Positions 58,128 to 64,000 of a stretch of 64,000 bases of DNA are shown here, one piece after another. The position numbers were made by a program, and so were the translations under genes. This DNA comes from Oscillospiraceae bacterium (GTDB lineage: Bacteria; Bacillota; Clostridia; Oscillospirales; UBA644): contig CACZQB010000061.1 in NCBI GenBank assembly GCA_902783255.1, forward strand, positions 17,859 to 81,858. Reading direction: 5' to 3'. Numbering within the stretch: the stretch's first letter is position 1; every line of letters starts with the position of its first letter. The notes below the pieces were generated by a model. The model searched no databases and was not told where the DNA came from. It was given only the letters and a program-made list of their open reading frames with translations.

Positions 58128-58958
58128 TTTGAACATTTCGTAAATGTCTCTTTTATGCATGCCGTATTTTGCGGCAAGCTCTTTTGCAGCCTCAGTTTTC
58201 GATTTTCCGCTTTCGGTAAGTAAAAGGAACTCCTTTTCAAGCTCATTTTCTGAAATTGCAGGCTGTTCTTTCTTTTTTGCGCCTTCAACTATAATTACAA
58301 ATTCTCCGAGTATGTTTTTATCTTTATACTCTTCAACCGCCTGTGCAAGAGAAGTCTGTATCGCTTCTTCATATATTTTGGAAATCTCGCGCACAAGCGC
58401 GATTTTTCTGTCTCCGAGATATTCAAGCATATCTTCAAGAGTTCCGAGCAGTTTATGAGGCGCTTCGTAAAAAACAAGCGTATGCGTATCGTCTTTGAGC
58501 GAAAGAAGATGTTCTCTTCTGCTGTTTTTTGCGGTAGAAAGAAAACCCTCGAATGTAAACCGCTTCGTAGAAAGACCGCTCATTGCAAGAGCGCATACCA
58601 TTGCGCACGGTCCGGGTATAGCGCTGACCTTAAACCCTTCCTCCATGCACTGCCTTACGATCATTTCTCCCGGATCGGATATAGCAGGCATACCTGCATC
58701 CGAAACAAGCGCGCATACTTCACCCTGTCTGAGCCGTTCAAGTATCACTTCTCCGCGCTGCATCATATTGTGCTCATAATAACTTATAAGAGGTTTTTTT
58801 ATGCCGTATCTTGCGAGGAGCTTGCCGGTTACCCTTGTGTCTTCAGCGGCGATAAAGTCCGCTTTTTCGAGCGTTTCAAGTGCTCTCGGCGAAATATCGT
58901 TCATGTTTCCTATCGGTGTTGCAACAAGGTATAAAGAAACAGGTTTTTTGCCTTCCAT
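58125..58958 (-). CDS. rsmI: 16S rRNA (cytidine1402-2'-O)-methyltransferase
   Basis: LYLVATPIGNMNDISPRALETL and SDAGMPAISDPG motifs. ATG 58956-58958 was verified and has GGAAGA upstream. Confidence 0.9.
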   Translation of the reverse strand: MEGKKPVSLYLVATPIGNMNDISPRALETLEKADFIAAEDTRVTGKLLARYGIKKPLISYYEHNMMQRGEVILERLRQGEVCALVSDAGMPAISDPGEMIVRQCMEEGFKVSAIPGPCAMVCALAMSGLSTKRFTFEGFLSTAKNSRREHLLSLKDDTHTLVFYEAPHKLLGTLEDMLEYLGDRKIALVREISKIYEEAIQTSLAQAVEEYKDKNILGEFVIIVEGAKKKEQPAISENELEKEFLLLTESGKSKTEAAKELAAKYGMHKRDIYEMFK

Positions 58959-58959
58959 G

Positions 58960-59682
58960 TTATTTTCTTCCGTAAATCTCTTCAAGTTTTTCAGTATATT
59001 TTCCGTCGGGACCGTATATTTCCATCAAAGGCTCGCAAAAAAGCCCCGGTTTTCCGCCTTTTATTCCTTCTATCAGAAAAAGTTCCGGTTTTTTCCCTTG
59101 TTTTGCGGCAGTCAACAACAGTCTTTTCGGCTCGATTCTGCTGCTGCGCATAATACATATAGCATCTGTCAGTCTTTCCGGTTTATTGATCATGCAAAAT
59201 CTTCCGCCGTGTTTGAGCAGTAATTTTGCCGCTGAAACAACGTCCGCAAGGTCGCATGTAAGTTCTGTTCTCGCTGAACCTAAACTGTCGCTCACAAGCC
59301 CTGAATCTTTTGTCATATAAGGAGGATTTGCAGTTACAAGGTCGAAATATCCGTGCAGAAAACAACCGTCTGTATCTGTTTTTCTTATATCACGCTGAAA
59401 AAAAGACACCCTGTCTTCTATTTTATTGTATTTTGCAGACATTTTTGCAAGCTCGACCTGGTTGAAGTCGATTTCGTATCCTGTTGCTTCTTTGCAGCAT
59501 GAATGAGTTGACAGAATGATCGGTATAACGCCGTTACCCGAACAGAGATCCGCTGCTTTTGTGAATTTTTTTGTGCCTGCAAACCACGCAAGAAGCACGG
59601 CATCGGTCCCGAAACGGAAACCGGCGTCGTCCTGATATATTTTATACCCGTTAATGCAAAGATCGTCAAGCCGAATCGCCAT
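58960..59682 (-). CDS. N6-adenine-type SAM methyltransferase (YabB/TrmN6-like)
   Basis: Contains the NPPY motif (VTANPPYM). Its position beside rsmI matches Bacillus yabB-yabC. Confidence 0.65.
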   Translation of the reverse strand: MAIRLDDLCINGYKIYQDDAGFRFGTDAVLLAWFAGTKKFTKAADLCSGNGVIPIILSTHSCCKEATGYEIDFNQVELAKMSAKYNKIEDRVSFFQRDIRKTDTDGCFLHGYFDLVTANPPYMTKDSGLVSDSLGSARTELTCDLADVVSAAKLLLKHGGRFCMINKPERLTDAICIMRSSRIEPKRLLLTAAKQGKKPELFLIEGIKGGKPGLFCEPLMEIYGPDGKYTEKLEEIYGRK

Positions 59683-59812
59683 TGCCGCGCCTTCCTTGAT
59701 AATAGTTCTTATTTAAAAAGCGGTTACTCAGCCGCCTGAAATAAGAATACAAAAATTGTCTTCTTATTTCAAGCGGTTTTGGATAACCGCTTTTATTGGT
59801 TTTATCGCTCGA

Positions 59813-59986
59813 TCATTCAGCTTCTTTCGGAGCTCCGACCGGGCATACAGATTCACAGGCGCCGCAGTCAATGCAGAGCTCTGGATCGATAACAAATTTG
59901 CCGTCTCCTTCGGAGATAGCGTCAACGGGACATTCAGCCTGGCATGCGCCGCAGGACAGGCATTCATCGGTAATTACATGTGCCAT
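59813..59986 (-). CDS. 2x[4Fe-4S] ferredoxin, 57 aa
   Basis: Hand translation gives MAHVITDECLSCGACQAECPVDAISEGDGKFVIDPELCIDCGACESVCPVGAPKEAE, with two CxxCxxCxxxCP motifs. It is below the ORF-track cutoff, and the listed 105-aa plus-strand ORF 59756-60073 is its shadow. Confidence 0.85.
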   Translation of the reverse strand: MAHVITDECLSCGACQAECPVDAISEGDGKFVIDPELCIDCGACESVCPVGAPKEAE

Positions 59987-60081
59987 AAAAGAAATACCTC
60001 CTTGGTCATAATTTCAAAATATATAATAACACATTTTTGTTTTTTTTGCAATAGCTTTTACATAATTTTTTAAGTTTATGC

Positions 60082-60951
60082 TTATTCCGCGTCCGCAATT
60101 GCTGCAAGTTCGGAATTATTTTCTTCATCCGCAGTCCTGCTGATAGTTTTTACATCCGCCGAATTATATGAACGTATATCCGCCTCGCGTTCCGATCCTA
60201 TATTTACACGAACAGTGGAAGTGAGAACGTTCACTTCAACTACCGTGCCCTGACCATCGGGCGTTTTTACTGTGTAGCCCGCCCTGGGCATTGTTTGGTA
60301 TGCCTCTTCATACACAGCCTCTTCAAAATTCAGGCAGCATATAAGTTTGCCGCATGTGCCGGATATCTTCTGCGGATTAGTGGAAAGGGACTGGTCTTTC
60401 GCCATTTTTACGGAAACGGGGGTGAACTCGCTCAGAAAACTTGCGCAGCATACCTTTCTGCCGCAAATACCGAGCCCCCCGATCATTCTTGTTTCGTCTC
60501 TTACGCCTATCTGGCGCAGTTCTATTCTCGTTTTGAACACGGACGCAAGGTCTTTTACAAGTTCCCGGAAGTCAACTCTTCCGTCTGCCACAAAAAAGAA
60601 AATGATTTTGTTGTTGTCAAAAGAATACTCAACGTCAACAAGATTCATTTCAAGTCCGTGCTTTGCCGTTTTTTCCTCAAAAATCGCAAATGCTGCCTTC
60701 TCTTTTTCACGGTTCTGTTTGTCTGTTTCTATATCTTCCTGCGTTGCAAGACGAATAACGGGGGATAGTGGAGTGAATTTTTCCAGTTTTTCCGTCTGTC
60801 TGTTTTCTACTACAACTGTTCCTATTTCAAGACCGCGAACCGTTTCAACGATAACTCTGTCTCCGTTTTTGAACAGATTACCGCAAGGGTCAAAATAATA
60901 AATTTTTCCTACGCTTTTAAATCTTACTCCAACAATTTCCACTAATTCCAT
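60082..60951 (-). CDS. ricT: PSP1 domain protein (YaaT/RicT-like)
   Basis: YYFDPCGNLFKNGDRVIVETVRGLEIGTVV and Cys-rich GICGRKVCCASF...CGKLICCLNFE. Confidence 0.85.
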   Translation of the reverse strand: MELVEIVGVRFKSVGKIYYFDPCGNLFKNGDRVIVETVRGLEIGTVVVENRQTEKLEKFTPLSPVIRLATQEDIETDKQNREKEKAAFAIFEEKTAKHGLEMNLVDVEYSFDNNKIIFFFVADGRVDFRELVKDLASVFKTRIELRQIGVRDETRMIGGLGICGRKVCCASFLSEFTPVSVKMAKDQSLSTNPQKISGTCGKLICCLNFEEAVYEEAYQTMPRAGYTVKTPDGQGTVVEVNVLTSTVRVNIGSEREADIRSYNSADVKTISRTADEENNSELAAIADAE

Positions 60952-60996
60952 TTACGATCTTCTTTCTTTATAATGCTTTATTGTAATATTTGATAC

Positions 60997-61938
60997 TCAT
61001 GATATCTGATCATTTTGGCATATGCTTTGGCATTCCGCAATGAGTGCCGTTGAAAAAAGCGACACGTTTACGTTGAATTTCATTTTGTCTTTGAGCGACG
61101 CGAGTTTAATGCATAACAACGCAAGCCTGTCCGGCCCCAGAGATTGTATTTCACTGTTGAGTCCGTCAACATTTCCGCTTTTCAGCGAACGCAAGTGAAC
61201 GGTAAAATATGAGTAAAGCTCGTCGGTAAATAACACCAGTTCGTTTCTGTCTTTGAACGACGCAATCCGTAAGGCTTCATCCATACGATTGTTAATGATC
61301 GCCCTGGCAAATCTGTCGCATTTTACGAGAAGTTCCGATTTTTCGTTTGATAAAAATGAACATGCGGCGCCTATATATCCGCCAGAAAAAGCCACAGCAG
61401 CTTTTTTTTGTTCATCGGAGATCTTTGAGAATTCGGGCCTGAGAAGATATTTATATATTTCCCTGTCGTCCACGGGCTCCATAGCGATCATTTCGCAGCG
61501 CGAACGGAGGGTCGAAAGGATCGCACCTGTATTCTCGGTCAGAAAAATGAATACCGCATGAGAAGGCGGTTCTTCAACTATTTTAAGAAGAGCATTCTGA
61601 CAGGCAGGAGTAAGCTTTTCCGCTTCGTAAAAAACAAAAACCCTGTGCTCTGCTTCATTTGGCAGATATGAGGCGTCTTTCAGCTTTTCTCTGAGTATGC
61701 CTACCTTTATATCTGTTGGAATATACATAACATCAACATGGTTCCCCGACAGATATTTTTTGCATTGGCTGCATTTTCCGCATGGTTTTTCATCGCTTTC
61801 GCATACGAAAGACGCAGTAAGTATTTTTTCAAGCGTGTGCTTGCCCGACCCTTTTGGACCGTGTATTATATATGCGTGAAACGGCTTTTCAAGAGTTTTT
61901 TTTACGCCGTTGTTGCCAATAAGACCGTCAAATTTCAC
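60997..61938 (-). CDS. holB: DNA polymerase III delta' subunit
   Basis: HAYIIHGPKGSGKHTL, zinc module CGKCSQCKK, and LKIVEEPP. Confidence 0.85.
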   Translation of the reverse strand: MKFDGLIGNNGVKKTLEKPFHAYIIHGPKGSGKHTLEKILTASFVCESDEKPCGKCSQCKKYLSGNHVDVMYIPTDIKVGILREKLKDASYLPNEAEHRVFVFYEAEKLTPACQNALLKIVEEPPSHAVFIFLTENTGAILSTLRSRCEMIAMEPVDDREIYKYLLRPEFSKISDEQKKAAVAFSGGYIGAACSFLSNEKSELLVKCDRFARAIINNRMDEALRIASFKDRNELVLFTDELYSYFTVHLRSLKSGNVDGLNSEIQSLGPDRLALLCIKLASLKDKMKFNVNVSLFSTALIAECQSICQNDQIS

Positions 61939-63283
61939 AGACTGTCACCTTTTTTGTATTATTGATCATAAGAAAGTCAGCATTCTCCTTTGTGATCAGC
62001 TCCCCCGGTATAAGTATCGGCACTCCGGGAGGGTAGGGAATAACTGCTCTTGCCGCAATCATGCCGACAGCCTTTTTTACGTCTGTTTCCGTATTCTTTC
62101 CGAAAAAAGCCTTTTTTGAGGGAATTGCCATCGTTGTTTCGGGGAAAGGTTTGATGTTGTGCTCGGGACATTCAAAATGCTCTTCCAAAAGCGCATTTTC
62201 AATCGCCGAAAAGTCTTCGTCGCTGTTGAACGGAGAGAGCATAAACACTATGAGGTTACCCGTCTGCATTTCGGAAATGATACCTTTGTTCCTGAGATGC
62301 AAATCGATTTTCGCTGCATTTTTTGCAGCAATACATAACCTCATCGGATCGTACAGATCAGATTCGATCACATGTATGCCTTGGGACTTCAGCTTTTCTT
62401 TTAATTTGTCAACTTTATTGCTTGTTTCCTGAAATCTGACTTTGTTTTTTTCGCACCAACCGCAAGCATAGTCAAGAGAAGCCAGAATTAAAAATGATGG
62501 ACTGGTTGACGAAAAAGCAAGCATGTGCGAACAGATTTCTTCACGCGAGATTTCAAAATTGAAATGGATCATTGCCGCTCCCGTAAGAGACGGAAGCGTT
62601 TTATGTGCAGAATCGACCGTTATATCCGCCATATGAGAGCAATAATCCGGAGCGTCGGAACAATTTTCGAAAAAAACAAGGTGTGTTCCGTGAGAATTAT
62701 CCACAATAAGCTTTACGGCGTGTTTATCGCATATCTCCTTTATTGAGCGTATATCCGCGCAAAGTCCGTAATAATTCGGAGACGTTAAAAAAACAGCAGA
62801 AATATCCTTATCTTTGTCAAGCTTCTTTTGGATTTCATCGGGGCTTATCGGTAAAACAACGTCTGTATGGCTGTCAAAGCCGTTATACGCGAAAACAGGT
62901 TCAATATCAAGCAGCATCGCGGCATTCAAGGCAGATATATGTATGTTTCTTTCAAAAAGAATTTTTCTTCCCTGAAAAAACGATAACGCCGTCTGGTTTC
63001 CAAGCGTTGCGCCTCCTGCCAGAAAAACAGTTCTTTTTACGCCGAAAAGCCGTGCCGCTCTCTGTTCCGCTTCGATGAGCTCTTCTTTCGGAAAAAACAG
63101 ATTGTCGGTTTTTTCTGTTTCCGTAACGTCGTATGCGGCAATATCGGTTCCGAAAAACTTTTCGGCCCCTTTGTGCCCGGGCATATGAAAACGGTGGATA
63201 CCGTTGTTTTCACCGTATTGTCTGATTTTTTTGTAGAAATTTGCGTTAAAGTCCATTTCTGCTGTTATATCGATACTATTCAT
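61928..63283 (-). CDS. Orn/Lys/Arg decarboxylase-family PLP enzyme (YaaO-like)
   Basis: FHMPGHKG and SAHKTLPSLTGAAM (PLP lysine). 451 aa. It sits upstream of holB as in Bacillus. Confidence 0.75.
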   Translation of the reverse strand: MNSIDITAEMDFNANFYKKIRQYGENNGIHRFHMPGHKGAEKFFGTDIAAYDVTETEKTDNLFFPKEELIEAEQRAARLFGVKRTVFLAGGATLGNQTALSFFQGRKILFERNIHISALNAAMLLDIEPVFAYNGFDSHTDVVLPISPDEIQKKLDKDKDISAVFLTSPNYYGLCADIRSIKEICDKHAVKLIVDNSHGTHLVFFENCSDAPDYCSHMADITVDSAHKTLPSLTGAAMIHFNFEISREEICSHMLAFSSTSPSFLILASLDYACGWCEKNKVRFQETSNKVDKLKEKLKSQGIHVIESDLYDPMRLCIAAKNAAKIDLHLRNKGIISEMQTGNLIVFMLSPFNSDEDFSAIENALLEEHFECPEHNIKPFPETTMAIPSKKAFFGKNTETDVKKAVGMIAARAVIPYPPGVPILIPGELITKENADFLMINNTKKVTVCEI

Positions 63284-64000
63284 ATATCGAAAATCATATT
63301 CTCAACATATTCATCCTGAAATACGGGATTGGTTGACAGATCAAGAATGCAGACTTTTTTTGCGAGCATTTCGGCTTTTTTTCTGCTGTTTTCGGAAAGC
63401 AGAGCCATGGTTGTTCCCGCAAGCGCGGCGTTTCCGACAGCTTTTGCCTTTTCACAGTAGTTTCCGGGCAATAGTCCTATTCCCTTCGCGCTGTCAAGGT
63501 TTATCGCTGTTCCGAAACCGCCTGCAATACTTACCTGAGGTGTCTCTTTTGTCCGTATCATTCCGTCAAGCACTATCGTTCCTGCGCATATAGCTGATTT
63601 TGCAAGCTGTATTTCTCGCACGTCTTTTTGTGTCAGATAAATTCCGTCGGTTATTTTTATTGCGCAGTCGCCTTCAAATTCGGGACAGTCATCATCTATA
63701 TGTCCCGATTCGTCGATCAATTCCTTTTTGAGGCAAACATTGATTATATCTATAAGCCCTGAACCGCAGATGCCGACGGGCGCTTTATTCCCGATAGTTT
63801 TCAGCTCAAATCCGTCAGGATTACTGTCGCTTGCTTTTACTCCGTTTATCGCTCCTTCAACGCTTCCCGTTCCGAATCTTATGCATGCGCCTTCAAAAGC
63901 GGGACCGGCAGCCGTGGAGCATCCGTATATCTTATCTCCGTCTTCAAGCGAAAGCTCTCCGTTTGTTCCTATATCCGCAATAAATTTTGTCTTTCCGTCG
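63280..64000 (-). CDS. ASKHA/DUF4445 domain protein (RACo-like corrinoid activation family), N-terminus outside window
   Basis: My translation continues in frame to the window edge: ...FIADIGTNGELSLEDGDKIYGCSTAAGPAFEGACIRFG...GICGSGLIDIINVCLKKELIDESGHI... The ORF-track start at 63720 is an internal TTG. Confidence 0.65.
   Translation of the reverse strand, partial: DGKTKFIADIGTNGELSLEDGDKIYGCSTAAGPAFEGACIRFGTGSVEGAINGVKASDSNPDGFELKTIGNKAPVGICGSGLIDIINVCLKKELIDESGHIDDDCPEFEGDCAIKITDGIYLTQKDVREIQLAKSAICAGTIVLDGMIRTKETPQVSIAGGFGTAINLDSAKGIGLLPGNYCEKAKAVGNAALAGTTMALLSENSRKKAEMLAKKVCILDLSTNPVFQDEYVENMIFDI

Noticed and set aside
1-64000. A window-wide look for CRISPR arrays, transposases, IS ends, rRNA, tmRNA, RNase P and SRP RNA.
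   Set aside because: I recognised none of these. The partial resemblance CGGAAGG near 53515-53525 to the SRP helix-8 motif is on the wrong strand and lacks the flanking conserved sequence.

Overview
This is a 64-kb core-chromosome window from a low-GC Gram-positive, Clostridia-like bacterium, judged from GGAGG-type RBSs, TTGACA-17-TATAAT promoters and gene content. I see no transposase, integrase, phage genes or CRISPR array. The plus-strand block 4.8-20.9 kb runs asp23, nusB, tsaD-like, xseA, xseB, ispA, a DUF212/PAP2-like gene, a ~600-nt ORF-free structured RNA, a 4-TM protein, tlyA, nadK, argR, recN, tyrS, valS, an AKR and der. By size, helix density and this synteny the RNA is best explained as an OLE-type large ncRNA with its oapA-like partner. 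After tRNA-Gly(UCC) comes an accessory-looking block (25.4-34.2 kb) with membrane and hydrolase genes, an MFS transporter, a GDPD-MsrA fusion, a MATE pump and an FAD oxidoreductase. The minus-strand block 34.3-49.2 kb holds 16 co-directional genes: a complete his operon (fused hisZ-hisG, then D, C, B, H, A, F, I, E) followed directly by a complete shikimate/Phe operon (DAHP synthase, aroB, aroA, aroC, pheA, fused aroE-aroK, aroQ). The aro operon is preceded by a strong promoter and an unlisted 29-codon mini-ORF (MKRSRFFTAEYFFFGFAFYFNKQSPVVFS; 9 Phe, 2 Tyr). Three 11-nt segments can form mutually exclusive 1:2, 2:3 and 3:4 helices ending in an 8-bp/U8 intrinsic terminator, which is a textbook ribosome-mediated attenuator in a lineage where T-box or TRAP control is the norm. 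Between the DUF1292 gene and lepA lies a ~220-nt minus-strand RNA candidate with a 20-bp closing helix whose G-U pairs fit only that strand; its architecture is 6S-like. Other items are a lipoprotein barnase/barstar pair, an SLH-like secreted protein, tRNA-Met and tRNA-Glu, mntP without a Mn riboswitch, an unlisted 57-aa 2x[4Fe-4S] ferredoxin, and a yaaO-holB-yaaT-yabB-rsmI block. All family calls come from reading the translations; no searches were run.
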